Of a DNA stretch of 64,000 nucleotides, positions 49,233 to 58,909 are shown in pieces. This stretch comes from an uncultured Chloroflexia bacterium (GTDB taxonomy: Bacteria; Chloroflexota; Limnocylindria; Limnocylindrales; CSP1-4): positions 246,707 to 310,706 of the forward strand of contig CAVYBU010000030.1 in assembly GCA_963766735.1 (NCBI GenBank). The letters run 5' to 3'. Numbering within the stretch: the first letter of the stretch is position 1; each line of letters begins with the position of its first letter. A program made the translations under genes and the position numbers. The notes under the pieces are model-generated. The model was not told the DNA's origin, did not search any database, and saw nothing but the letters and a program-made list of their open reading frames with translations.

Positions 49233-49266
49233 TCCCGGTCGCGACGACCCGCAGAGGGATGCCGTC

Positions 49267-50547
49267 GTGACGGCCCACCACGGTGAACGACCGAGGCCAC
49301 GCCCGGCTTCAACGGTCGCGCTGCTGCGGGAGGGTCCCCCGGGCGTCGAAGTGCTGCTCACGCATCGCCCCCCGACCATGGCGTTTGGCCCCGGGCTCCA
49401 CGTGTTCCCCGGAGGGGCGGTCGATCCGGGGGACTCGGATCCCGCGCTGCTTGCTCGCTCCGCCCTTGACGCCGCGGCCTGCGCCGCCTCGTGGGCCGGC
49501 GACCTGGCCCCGGAGATCGCGATCGCGCACGCGGTCGCGGCGATCCGGGAGGTGTTCGAGGAGGCGGGAGTGCTGCTGGCCACACTGCAGGACGGGTCCG
49601 CGCTCGACCCGACCCTGATCGCCGCGGCGCTCGAGGAGGGGACCTCTCTGGCAGACCTGGCGTCGAGGCACGACGTCGTCCTGCGGACCGACCTGCTCGT
49701 GCCGCTGGCGCACTGGGTGACGCCACCCGCGCACATGTCGCGCCGGTACGACACGCGGTTCTACGTGGCGGCGATGGATGGGACGAGGCTGAGGCCTGAT
49801 GACCGCGAGGTGGCCGCGCACGAGTGGATCGCCCCGGCCTCGGCGCTCGAGGCGTGCGCCGAGGGCCGGATGGCGCTGTGGCCGCCAACCTCCGCGACGC
49901 TCCGGCAGCTGGCGCCGGCGCGCGGAGTGGCGGACGTGAGGACGCACCTCGCCCCGATGGCCGCCTGGGTCCCGCCCGTGACCGATGACCTGGGCGATGG
50001 GATCGTGCGAATTCGGGTGACGGGTGCCGGCGGGATCCCCGGGCTGACGGTCAACACCTACCTCGTCGGGCATCGGCAGCTCCTGGCGGTGGATCCCGGG
50101 GATCCCGGCGAGCCCGCGATGGACGCGATCCTCGCGGCGTCGGCGGCGCGCGGAGCCGTGATCACCGGGGTGATCCTGACGGCACCGGTGCCGGACCATG
50201 CGGGTGGCGCGCTGGTCGTGGCCGAGCGGCTGGGCGTCCCCGTCCTCGCCGCGGCGTCGGCCGTCCGCGACGCGTCGGCGCTGGTCGCCGGGCCGGTCCG
50301 GGGCCTCCAGGACGAGGAGGAAGTCACCCTGGGGGACGTGCCCCTGCGCGTCGTGTCGACGCCCGGGACGCACTCGGGCCACATCGCACTCTGCGCGTCA
50401 TCGGTGGGGGCGGTGCTGACCGGCGACCTCGAGGGGCCCGGACCGTCACGCGGGATCCCGGAGCCTGTGGATGCGCGCGCGCTCGACCGCTCGCGCGCCC
50501 GGGTGGCGGACCTCGCAGCAGGGCTGCTGCTGCCCGCGCACGGCTAG
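49267..50547 (+). CDS. NUDIX hydrolase fused to degenerate metallo-beta-lactamase domain
   Basis: FPGG.VD, AAIREVFEEAG, WVTP..RRYDTRF. The MBL part has NTYLVG, DPG, LTAPVPDH and TGD. Confidence 0.85.
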   Translation: MTAHHGERPRPRPASTVALLREGPPGVEVLLTHRPPTMAFGPGLHVFPGGAVDPGDSDPALLARSALDAAACAASWAGDLAPEIAIAHAVAAIREVFEEAGVLLATLQDGSALDPTLIAAALEEGTSLADLASRHDVVLRTDLLVPLAHWVTPPAHMSRRYDTRFYVAAMDGTRLRPDDREVAAHEWIAPASALEACAEGRMALWPPTSATLRQLAPARGVADVRTHLAPMAAWVPPVTDDLGDGIVRIRVTGAGGIPGLTVNTYLVGHRQLLAVDPGDPGEPAMDAILAASAARGAVITGVILTAPVPDHAGGALVVAERLGVPVLAAASAVRDASALVAGPVRGLQDEEEVTLGDVPLRVVSTPGTHSGHIALCASSVGAVLTGDLEGPGPSRGIPEPVDARALDRSRARVADLAAGLLLPAHG

Positions 50548-50729
50548 GCGGGCTTGTCGTCCTTGTCGTCCTTGTCGGCGGCATCGTTCTTGATGTCGCC
50601 GATCTCCTTGCGCGCCTCCTTGACGCCCTGCCCGAACGCGCGGCCGAGCAGCGGCAGCGTCTTCGGGCCGCGCCAGATGACGACCACGACCAGGACGATG
50701 ATGAGGACGACGAGGATGTCCGGACCCAT
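50544..50729 (-). CDS. tatA: Twin-arginine translocase subunit TatA/E
   Basis: TM, GPKTLP.LGRAFGQGVKE amphipathic helix, charged tail. Confidence 0.85.
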   Translation of the reverse strand: MGPDILVVLIIVLVVVVIWRGPKTLPLLGRAFGQGVKEARKEIGDIKNDAADKDDKDDKPA

Positions 50730-50863
50730 GCGCTGATGGTAGCAGCGCGCCGTGCAGGTGGGTGACGCGTCCCGCCGTCGCGGTTCCCGCATCGTCGTCG
50801 GGAGTGGCCGGGGCGGTCGTGCCCGTCGCGTCGCAGGTCCAGCGGGGCGGTATCGTGCCCGTC

Positions 50864-52624
50864 GTGTCGCCCAGCCTGCCGGCCCCCGGCCCCCTCCTCG
50901 TCTTCGGCCCGCGCTCGCTCGCGTACGACTTCGGCCCGCACCACCCCCTGACGCCGCTCCGGTTCGGCCCGGGGATCGACCTGCTGCGGGCGGTGGGCGC
51001 GGAGCCCGGCCTCGCGCCGTCGCCGGCCGCGGACGCGGACCTGCTGCGGGTGCACCTGCCGGCCTATGTCGAGGCGGTGCGGGCATTCTCCGGGGATCCC
51101 GCGCTGCCGCCTGCGATGGGCGTCGGGCTGTCGGACAACCCAGCCTTCGCCGGGATGCACGAGGCGTCTGCGGCCGTCGCGGGCGGATCGATGGCTGCCA
51201 TGGACTCGATCCTGCGCGGTGACACCGATCACGCGCTCCACCCCGGGGGCGGCCTTCACCACGCGATGGCGTCGAAGGCATGGGGCTTCTGCGTCTACAA
51301 CGATGTCGCGCTGGCGGTGGTCCGGGCACGGGCCGAGGGTCTGCGGGTGCTGTACGTCGACCTCGACGTGCACCACGGGGACGGCGTGCAGGCGGCATTC
51401 GTGCGGGATCCCGGGACGCTGACCTTCTCGATCCACGAGAGCGGCCGGTACCTGTTCCCGCAGACGGGGTTCATCGACGAGCTGGGGGAGGGGAGCGCCG
51501 CCGGAACGTCCGTCAACCTGCCGCTGGAGCCGTACACCGGTGCGGTCGCGTGGCTGACGGCCGTCAGGGCGCTGGTGCCAACGCTGGCCGCCGTGTTCGG
51601 ACCCGACGTCGTGGTGAGCCAGCACGGGGCGGACTCTCATGCGTGGGATCCCCTGGCGCACCTGCGGGTGACGACGACGGCGATGGCGCAGGCGGCCAGG
51701 CTCGTGGACGCAGTCGCCCATCGCTGGGCCGCTGGCCGGTGGCTGGCGACGGGTGGTGGCGGGTACGACGCGTACCGGGTTGTGCCGCGAGCGTGGGCAC
51801 TGACCTGGCTGGCCGGGGCGCACCGCGAGCCGGCGGAGGAGACGCCCGTCGCGTGGCGCGAGCGGTGGGAGCCCGCTGCAGCGGCGTTTGGGACTCCGGG
51901 GATGCCGACGACGTTCCTGGACGCGCCCAACGCAGGCCTGCCCTCCGGGCCGGCCCAGGAGGCCGCCGACGAACGTTCGCTCGCGGCCCTGGCCAGGGTC
52001 CGGGTGACGGTGCTGCCACGGCTGGTGCGCGAGGCGGAGGACCGCGGCTGGTGGAGACCGGCGCCCGAGTGGACCGGTCGGGCGGCGGAGCGGGAAGGCC
52101 AAGCCGCGCCCGACGGGCGTTCTGGGGCGTGTCCCGGCCGCGCGCCAACGCTCCGGACCCTGGTATCCGAGGACCTCGCCCGGCTCCGTCTCGCGCCGCG
52201 CGTCATCGCGCCGTTCGACCCCGACGACGGCCGGTCGATCCTCGCCGCGGCGCTTGCCGACGGCTCCCGTGTGATCGCAGCCGTGGCGGACGACACGATC
52301 GTGGGCGCGGCGGTCGCGGCGCCGTCCCGGGCCGAGGCGAACACAGAATCGCTGCTGGCGGTCGGGGTTGCGCCGGCGTGGCGGGGCGATGGTCTTGGGC
52401 GGGCGCTGCTCCGCGCGCTCGTCGATGGCAGGGCGCCCGGGGATGCCCTGGAGGCGCAGGTCGGCGTGGCGGAACGGGACGTCGTGGACCCCCTGGACGT
52501 CGAGGATCGGCTGGCTCTTGCGCGACGCCTGCTCGAAGGCGCGGGGTTCACGGTTCGGGCGCCCTCGCCCGACGTATCCCGCGACGACCATCACGCGATC
52601 AGCGCGCGTCGGGTGCGGCGCTAG
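50864..52624 (+). CDS. acuC: AcuC-like Zn-dependent deacetylase fused to a C-terminal GNAT domain
   Basis: HP..P.R, GGGLHHA, GFC, DLDVHHGDG, GADSH, GGGGY, then VGVAPAWRGDGLGRALL. Start inferred from TATCGT-7nt-GTG. Confidence 0.85.
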   Translation: MSPSLPAPGPLLVFGPRSLAYDFGPHHPLTPLRFGPGIDLLRAVGAEPGLAPSPAADADLLRVHLPAYVEAVRAFSGDPALPPAMGVGLSDNPAFAGMHEASAAVAGGSMAAMDSILRGDTDHALHPGGGLHHAMASKAWGFCVYNDVALAVVRARAEGLRVLYVDLDVHHGDGVQAAFVRDPGTLTFSIHESGRYLFPQTGFIDELGEGSAAGTSVNLPLEPYTGAVAWLTAVRALVPTLAAVFGPDVVVSQHGADSHAWDPLAHLRVTTTAMAQAARLVDAVAHRWAAGRWLATGGGGYDAYRVVPRAWALTWLAGAHREPAEETPVAWRERWEPAAAAFGTPGMPTTFLDAPNAGLPSGPAQEAADERSLAALARVRVTVLPRLVREAEDRGWWRPAPEWTGRAAEREGQAAPDGRSGACPGRAPTLRTLVSEDLARLRLAPRVIAPFDPDDGRSILAAALADGSRVIAAVADDTIVGAAVAAPSRAEANTESLLAVGVAPAWRGDGLGRALLRALVDGRAPGDALEAQVGVAERDVVDPLDVEDRLALARRLLEGAGFTVRAPSPDVSRDDHHAISARRVRR

Positions 52625-52910
52625 GGTCCCGAAACGGGGAGCCGGATGGTCCGGGGCGAGGGCGGGGTCCGGACCGTGCCAGAGGTCCCCCCGCGTCACC
52701 GAACAGCGGGCGATGCGGCAGGCCTCGCGGGGCGCCTCCGGGCGGACACTGTCTCCAGCGCACAGCTCCACCGGCAGCCGGACGAGATCCTCCCCCTCCA
52801 TCGCCCGGTTGTCCTGAGGCAATCGAACCGGCGGACCCGTCCCGGTCCGCCGGTTCGGATTCGTGACGCGTCCGGCGGCCGACGCGCGTCCGGCGGCGAG
52901 AACCGCGAAA

Positions 52911-52947
52911 CGAACATCTGTACCAAAGCGAGTCACGGCCCTATACT
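52911..52947 (+). promoter_or_regulatory. Putative LexA (SOS) box overlapping the -35 region of the lhr promoter
   Basis: CGAAC-ATCT-GTACC 52911-52924; TATACT -10 at 52942-52947. Confidence 0.55.
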
Positions 52948-52955
52948 CGCGACCC

Positions 52956-55900
52956 GTGGCCGCGCACATCGAGGATCCGCTCGCGCCCTTCGGGCCCGCC
53001 GTGCGGGCCTGGTTCGAGGCGACGTTCGAAGCCCCGACGGCCGCGCAGGCAGAGGGTTGGGCGGCGATCGCTGCGGGTCACAACACGCTGATCCACGCTC
53101 CGACGGGCAGCGGCAAGACCCTCGCCGCGTTCCTGTGGTGCCTGGACCGCCTCGTCCGGGAGCCGCGACCCGAGCCCGCGAAGGCGAACTCCGGCACCGT
53201 CCGCGTCCTCTACATCAGCCCGCTCAAGGCCCTGACCTACGACGTGGAGCGGAACCTGCGCGCACCGCTCGCCGGGATCGCGCTCGCGGCACAGCGCCTG
53301 GGTGATGCCCCTCCCCACATCACGATCGCCTCGCGGACGGGCGACACCCCCGCCGACGAGCGCCGCAACCTCGTGCGCCACCCGCCGGACATCCTCGTCA
53401 CCACGCCCGAGAGCTTCTACCTCCTGCTCACCAGCCAGGCGCGCGAGATCCTCCGGGGCGTGGAGCACGTGATCGTGGACGAGGTCCATGCGATAGCCGG
53501 GACGAAGCGGGGAGCCCACCTGGCCCTGAGCCTGGAGCGCCTCGAGCGCCTCCGGACGGGGACGCCGGGGACGCCGTTCCTCCAGAGGATCGGTCTCTCC
53601 GCCACGCAACGCCCCCTCGAGACCATCGCGCGCTTCCTCGGCGGGACGGGTGACGGCCGCGACGTCGCCATCGTGGATGCCGGGTCCCGCAAGCCGCTCG
53701 AGATCCAGGTCGTCGTGCCGGTGGAGGACATGGCGAGGCTGGGCGAGGTCCTCCCGCAGGACGACGGACCCGGCGGACCCGTGATCGGCGGGGAGCAACG
53801 GAGCAGCATCTGGCCCGCCATCCACCCGCGGATCCTGGAGCTGATCCGGGCCCACCGCAGCACCATCGTCTTCACCAACAGCCGCCGCCTGGCGGAGCGT
53901 CTCGCGCAGCGGCTCAACGAGCTGGCGGGCGAGGAGCTGGTCAGGGCGCACCACGGCAGCATCGCCCGGGAGCAGCGCCTCCAGATCGAGGAGGAGCTCA
54001 AGGCGGGCCGCCTCCCGGCCCTCGTCGCGACCAGCTCCCTGGAGCTCGGCATCGACATGGGTGCCGTCGACCTCGTGATCCAGGTGGAGAGCCCAACGTC
54101 GGTCGCCCGGGGACTCCAGCGGATCGGCCGCGCCGGGCACCAGGTTGGCGAGCCCTCCAAGGGCGTCATCTTCCCCAAGTACCGTGGCGACCTCCTCGAG
54201 ACCGCCGTCGTCGTGAAGGGCATGCACGACGGGGCGATCGAGTCGACGACGATGCCGAGGAACCCGCTCGACGTCCTCGCCCAGCAGCTGGTTGCCATGA
54301 CGCTCGCGGAGCGCTTCACCGTGGACGAGCTGCTCGAGGTGGTCCGGCGTGCCGCTCCGTTCGAGAGCCTCACGCGGGAGGCGCTCGAAGGCACCCTGGG
54401 CATGCTCGCCGGCGCCTACCCATCCGACGAGTTCGCGGAGCTCAAGCCCAGGATCACCTGGGACCGCCTGGACGACACGGTCGAGGCGAGACGGGACGCG
54501 CGCGTCGTCGCCGTCACCAGCGGCGGCACCATCCCGGACCGCGGCCTGTACCCCGTCTTCCTCGCGGGCGAGGCAGGTACTCCTGGACGACGGGTCGGCG
54601 AGCTGGACGAGGAGATGGTCTACGAGCTCCGGGCCGGCATGCACGGGGACGTGATCGTCCTCGGCGCCAGCAGCTGGCGTGTGGCGGACATCTCGCCCAA
54701 CCGGGTCACGGTCACGCCCGCCCCCGGGATCCCCGGCAAGCTGCCGTTCTGGCACGGTGACGCCATCGGGAGGCCGGTGGAGCTGGGCCGGCAGATCGGC
54801 GCGTTCGTGCGCGGCGTCGAGGCAGACCTCGCCAGGGGCCCGAAGGGACGGGCAAAGGCCGCGGATCGCCTCCGGCGTGATCACGATCTCGACGTCCTCG
54901 CGGCCGACAACCTCCTCGCCTACCTTGAGGATGAGCGCGAGGCCACGGGGGTTCTCCCCACGGACCGCCGCATCGTGATCGAGCGCTTCCGGGACGAGCT
55001 TGGCGACTGGCGACTGGTCATCCTCACGCCCTTCGGCGGGCGCGTCCACGCGCCCTGGTGCATGGCGCTGGAGGCCAGGCTGCAGGAGCGCCTTGGCCTC
55101 GAGGTCCAGACGATCTGGTCCGACGACGGCATCGCGATCCGGCTTCCGGAGGGGGACGGCAGCCTCGATGGTGTCGAGCAGCTGCTGTTTCCGGATCCCG
55201 ATGAGGTCGAGGATCTCGTGGTCGGACGGGTGGGGCAGTCGAGCCTGTTCGCCAGCCGCTTCCGGGAGAACGCGGCGCGGGCCCTGCTCCTGCCTCGTCG
55301 CCGACCGGGGACGCGAACGCCGTTGTGGCAGCAGCGCCAGCGTTCCGCGGACCTCCTGGCGGTGGCGAGCCGGTACGGGAGCTTCCCGATCCTCGTGGAG
55401 ACGTACCGGGAGTGCCTGGCGGACGTCTTCGACCTGCCGGCGCTCCGCGAGATACTGGGCGGCGTCCAGCGGCGGGAGCTGGCGGTGCACAGCGTCGAGA
55501 CCGTGAGGGCCTCCGCCTTCGCGAGCAGCCTCCTGTTCGACTACGTCGCGGCCTATATGTACGACGGCGATGCCCCGATGGCCGAGCGCCGCGCGCAGGC
55601 GCTCACGCTGGACCGGGACCTGCTGCGCGAGCTGCTGGGCCAGGAGGAGCTGCGCGAGCTGCTTGACCCTAACGCGCTGGCGGACCTCGAGCTCAGCCTC
55701 CAGGCACTGGTCGAGGAACGGCACGCGAAGGACCCGGACCAGGTACACGACCTGCTCCGGCGCCTGGGAGACCTCTCCGCCGCCGAGGCCGGTGCGCGGA
55801 CCCAGGGTGGTCGCGTGGAGGCGGCGATCCACCTGGCGGAGCTGGCGGCGAGCCGGCGCGCGGTTCGGGCGCGGATCGCGGGCGAGGAGCGCTGGATCGC

Positions 55901-57638
55901 CATGGAGGACGTCGCCCGGTATCGCGATGGCGTGGGGGTCTCTGCGCCGCCGGGCGTGCCGGGGGTGTTCCTGGAGCCAGCGGCCGGGGCACTGGACGGG
56001 CTCCTCGCGCGGTACGCGCGAACACATGGGCCGTTCCTTGGCCCGGAGCCGGCGCGGCGGTGGGGGCTGCCGGCGGGGGTCGTGGAGGACACGCTCCACC
56101 GGCTTGTTGCGGGGGGATCCCTCCTCTCCGGCGAGTTCCGGCCCGGGGGCGCGGAGCGGGAGTACTGCGACCCGGAGGTTCTCCGGCTCCTCCGCCGCCG
56201 GTCCCTGGCCAAGCTCCGCCGCGAGGTGGAGCCGGTCGATCCCGTGACGCTGGCGCGGTTCCTGCCCGCGTGGCACGGCGTCGCCCCCTCGCCGAGCGCG
56301 TCACCGGCGGCTCCGGGGAGCGGCGGTTCCGCGTTCCGTGGCCCGGCGGCCCTGGAACGCCTTGCCGAGGTCGTGGACCAGCTCGCCGGCCTGCCGATCC
56401 CCGCATCCGTGCTGGAGCGGGACGTGCTGCCCGCGCGGATCCCCGGGTACCAGCCTCGGCTGCTCGACGAGCTCGGCGCGATGGGTGAGGTTGCCTGGGT
56501 GGGACGGGGGAGCCTTGGCCGGGACGACGGGCGCGTGGTGCTCTACCGGCCCGGACGGGAGCTGCTGCGGCCCGTGGGCGTGCCCGACGGCGTCGAGCGG
56601 CCCTCCGGTGAGATCCACGCGAGGATCAGGGCCCACCTCCTCCGCCGGGGCGCCTCCTTCTACCGGGAGCTGTTCGCGGCCGCGGGCGGGCGCTCGGACC
56701 GAGAGGTTCTCGATGCGCTCTGGGACCTGGTCTGGTCGGGCGAGGTCACGAACGACACGGTGGCGCCGCTGCGCGCCCTTCGCTGGAAGCGGCCGGCCAA
56801 GGACCACCGGCCCCGACCGGGCCGCCTGACGGCCTTGGGGCCACCCGAAGCCGCGGGTCGCTGGTCTCTGGTGGAGGGTGGCGGCGCGGGCGGCGCGGGC
56901 GACGACGGCGACGGCGACGGCGACGTGGTGCCGGCCGGGCCCACGCGAACGGAACGGGTCCATGCGCAGGCTCTCGTGCTGCTGGAGCGCCACGGGGTGC
57001 TGACCCGGGGGGCCGTCGCGAGCGAGGCCGTGGACGGCGGCTTCAGCGCGGTCTACCCGGTGCTGCGGGCACTGGAGGAAGCTGGTCGGATCCGTCGCGG
57101 CTACTTCGTGGACGGGCTGGGTGCCTCGCAGTTCACGCTGCCGGGGGCAGTGGAGCGGCTCCGAGCGTTGCGGGACCAGCCGGGAGAGGCCGCCGGGGAC
57201 CACGGGCGCGTGGTGCACCTGCTGGCCGCGGCCGACCCCGCGAGCCCGTATGGGGCGGCCCTGCCGTGGCCCCGGCGCGGAGATGACGACCGACGTTCGC
57301 TCCAGCGTGCGGCCGGGGCGTACGTCGTGCTGGTGGACGGGGCAGCCGTGCTCTACCTGGACCGGGGCGGGACGTCGATCCAGGTTCTGCCCGCGGCCTC
57401 GGATGCCGATGTGCTGGCCGTCGCACTGCGGTCGCTGGCAGATCTCGTCGTGGACGGACGGGTGCGTGAGCTGGTGATCGGCAAGATCGACGGAGAACCG
57501 GTCGGGTTGTCAGAGCACCGGGAGGCGCTCATTGCCACCGGGTTCGTGCACGGGTACCGCGGCTACGCGCTGCGGGTGGCGGCAGGTCCGGGACAGCGGA
57601 CGTACGCGCGCCCCGCGCCGGAGCGCCCGATCCGGTGA
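52956..57638 (+). CDS. lhr: Large helicase-related SF2 helicase, full length with C-terminal winged-helix/glycosylase-like region
   Basis: APTGSGKT, DEVH, SAT, TSSLELGID, QRIGRAGH, LWQQRQR, RRGYFV.GLG, DPASPYG. Confidence 0.95.
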   Translation: MAAHIEDPLAPFGPAVRAWFEATFEAPTAAQAEGWAAIAAGHNTLIHAPTGSGKTLAAFLWCLDRLVREPRPEPAKANSGTVRVLYISPLKALTYDVERNLRAPLAGIALAAQRLGDAPPHITIASRTGDTPADERRNLVRHPPDILVTTPESFYLLLTSQAREILRGVEHVIVDEVHAIAGTKRGAHLALSLERLERLRTGTPGTPFLQRIGLSATQRPLETIARFLGGTGDGRDVAIVDAGSRKPLEIQVVVPVEDMARLGEVLPQDDGPGGPVIGGEQRSSIWPAIHPRILELIRAHRSTIVFTNSRRLAERLAQRLNELAGEELVRAHHGSIAREQRLQIEEELKAGRLPALVATSSLELGIDMGAVDLVIQVESPTSVARGLQRIGRAGHQVGEPSKGVIFPKYRGDLLETAVVVKGMHDGAIESTTMPRNPLDVLAQQLVAMTLAERFTVDELLEVVRRAAPFESLTREALEGTLGMLAGAYPSDEFAELKPRITWDRLDDTVEARRDARVVAVTSGGTIPDRGLYPVFLAGEAGTPGRRVGELDEEMVYELRAGMHGDVIVLGASSWRVADISPNRVTVTPAPGIPGKLPFWHGDAIGRPVELGRQIGAFVRGVEADLARGPKGRAKAADRLRRDHDLDVLAADNLLAYLEDEREATGVLPTDRRIVIERFRDELGDWRLVILTPFGGRVHAPWCMALEARLQERLGLEVQTIWSDDGIAIRLPEGDGSLDGVEQLLFPDPDEVEDLVVGRVGQSSLFASRFRENAARALLLPRRRPGTRTPLWQQRQRSADLLAVASRYGSFPILVETYRECLADVFDLPALREILGGVQRRELAVHSVETVRASAFASSLLFDYVAAYMYDGDAPMAERRAQALTLDRDLLRELLGQEELRELLDPNALADLELSLQALVEERHAKDPDQVHDLLRRLGDLSAAEAGARTQGGRVEAAIHLAELAASRRAVRARIAGEERWIAMEDVARYRDGVGVSAPPGVPGVFLEPAAGALDGLLARYARTHGPFLGPEPARRWGLPAGVVEDTLHRLVAGGSLLSGEFRPGGAEREYCDPEVLRLLRRRSLAKLRREVEPVDPVTLARFLPAWHGVAPSPSASPAAPGSGGSAFRGPAALERLAEVVDQLAGLPIPASVLERDVLPARIPGYQPRLLDELGAMGEVAWVGRGSLGRDDGRVVLYRPGRELLRPVGVPDGVERPSGEIHARIRAHLLRRGASFYRELFAAAGGRSDREVLDALWDLVWSGEVTNDTVAPLRALRWKRPAKDHRPRPGRLTALGPPEAAGRWSLVEGGGAGGAGDDGDGDGDVVPAGPTRTERVHAQALVLLERHGVLTRGAVASEAVDGGFSAVYPVLRALEEAGRIRRGYFVDGLGASQFTLPGAVERLRALRDQPGEAAGDHGRVVHLLAAADPASPYGAALPWPRRGDDDRRSLQRAAGAYVVLVDGAAVLYLDRGGTSIQVLPAASDADVLAVALRSLADLVVDGRVRELVIGKIDGEPVGLSEHREALIATGFVHGYRGYALRVAAGPGQRTYARPAPERPIR

Positions 57639-57716
57639 GTCGTGACCGATGAGATGCCCGATGCCGAGGCTGGCGTCCCGGTGTCCGGCCTCCCAGCCCG
57701 ACCCGAGGAGCACGCC

Positions 57717-58007
57717 ATGACCGACCTCGTCGACGTCTGCTGCACGCCCATGCCCGGTGGCACGGGCTGGTCCTGCCGTGTGACCGTCGGCAGCCCCGGC
57801 ACCCCGACCATCCACGAGGTGGCGGTCGCTGCCGCGGACCTCGCCCGTCTCGCGCCAGGCGCCACAACGCCCGAGGACCTCGTCCGCCGCTCGTTCGCGT
57901 TCCTCCTGGCCCGGGAGCCCAAGGAATCGATCCTCCAGCGGTTCGACCTGCTGCTGATCGGCCGCTACTTCCCCGAGTTCGAGCGCGAGATCCGCGACCC
58001 GGGTTAG
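57717..58007 (+). CDS. Conserved small hypothetical protein
   Basis: RBS gaggag; H.V..LV..SF.FLL.REPKESIL..FDL..I..YFPEFE pattern. Confidence 0.75.
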   Translation: MTDLVDVCCTPMPGGTGWSCRVTVGSPGTPTIHEVAVAAADLARLAPGATTPEDLVRRSFAFLLAREPKESILQRFDLLLIGRYFPEFEREIRDPG

Positions 58008-58052
58008 GGCATGAGCGACTCAGGAGCGCACGCTTCGTCCGGCGCGCTGGGG

Positions 58053-58094
58053 CGCCGCCCGCCGCCCGCCGCCCGCCGCCCGCCGCCCGCCGCC
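58053..58094. repeat. Heptanucleotide microsatellite (CGCCGCC)x6
   Basis: Six perfect copies immediately upstream of a TATGAT -10 box. Confidence 0.85.
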
Positions 58095-58117
58095 CCGCGG
58101 AGTCTATGATCCGCGGG

Positions 58118-58867
58118 ATGTGCGAGCAGTTCGTCGCCCGGGCCTCGGAGCCGTTCCGGCTGGACGAGCTGTGGCCCTACGCGGAGCGCCTGGAGCGCTT
58201 CGGCATCGCCGGCTTCGGCTGGGGCGTCACCTGGGCGACCCCCGATGGCAGCCTCGAGACCTACCGCCACACCAGCGCGTTCCGCGACGATCCTGCCCGT
58301 GATCATCTCGGCACGGTCGAGACCCTGAGCGTCCTCGTCCACCTCCGGCGCCCGTCGCGCCTGAGCACGCTCGGCATCGCGGATTCGCAGCCCTTCGACG
58401 ATCCGGCCGGCCGCTTCGCGTTCTCGCACAACGGGGACCTGCGCGACTACCGGCCCGCCCGGACCCGGTACCGGACGCAGGGCCGGATCCACGGTCGCGC
58501 GGACAGCGAGGTCGGGCAGCGGTGGCTCGAGGACGCCTGGTCCGATGACGAGCCGGTCGCGCACTTGCTGGCGGCACTTCACGATGGCTTCGGGGGCGAG
58601 GCGAACCTGGCGGTCCTGGCGAGGGACGGCACGCCGCATCACTACGCCGGCAACGTGGAGAACCCGGTGTTCGCGTTCAGGCTGGGCTCGATCGGGCTCG
58701 TGTCCACGGCGCTCTACTCCGTGGACCGATCCCTGTTCCGGTACGCCGCGAAGGGCGCCACGGATCGTTCGCTCGCGCGCCTCCATTCCACCATGGCGCT
58801 CGACGAGCACGGGCGACCCGTCGAAGCCGGCCCGAGCCGGTACCCGCGACCGGCAGGGCGGGCCTGA
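58118..58867 (+). CDS. Class II glutamine amidotransferase / Ntn hydrolase (EgtC/YafJ-like)
   Basis: Met-Cys start, G.GWG, HLR, QPF, FSHNG, DSE. Confidence 0.85.
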   Translation: MCEQFVARASEPFRLDELWPYAERLERFGIAGFGWGVTWATPDGSLETYRHTSAFRDDPARDHLGTVETLSVLVHLRRPSRLSTLGIADSQPFDDPAGRFAFSHNGDLRDYRPARTRYRTQGRIHGRADSEVGQRWLEDAWSDDEPVAHLLAALHDGFGGEANLAVLARDGTPHHYAGNVENPVFAFRLGSIGLVSTALYSVDRSLFRYAAKGATDRSLARLHSTMALDEHGRPVEAGPSRYPRPAGRA

Positions 58868-58909
58868 CCGACAGCTCCGGCGATGCGAGACGTCAACGGG
58901 ATTGGGGAG

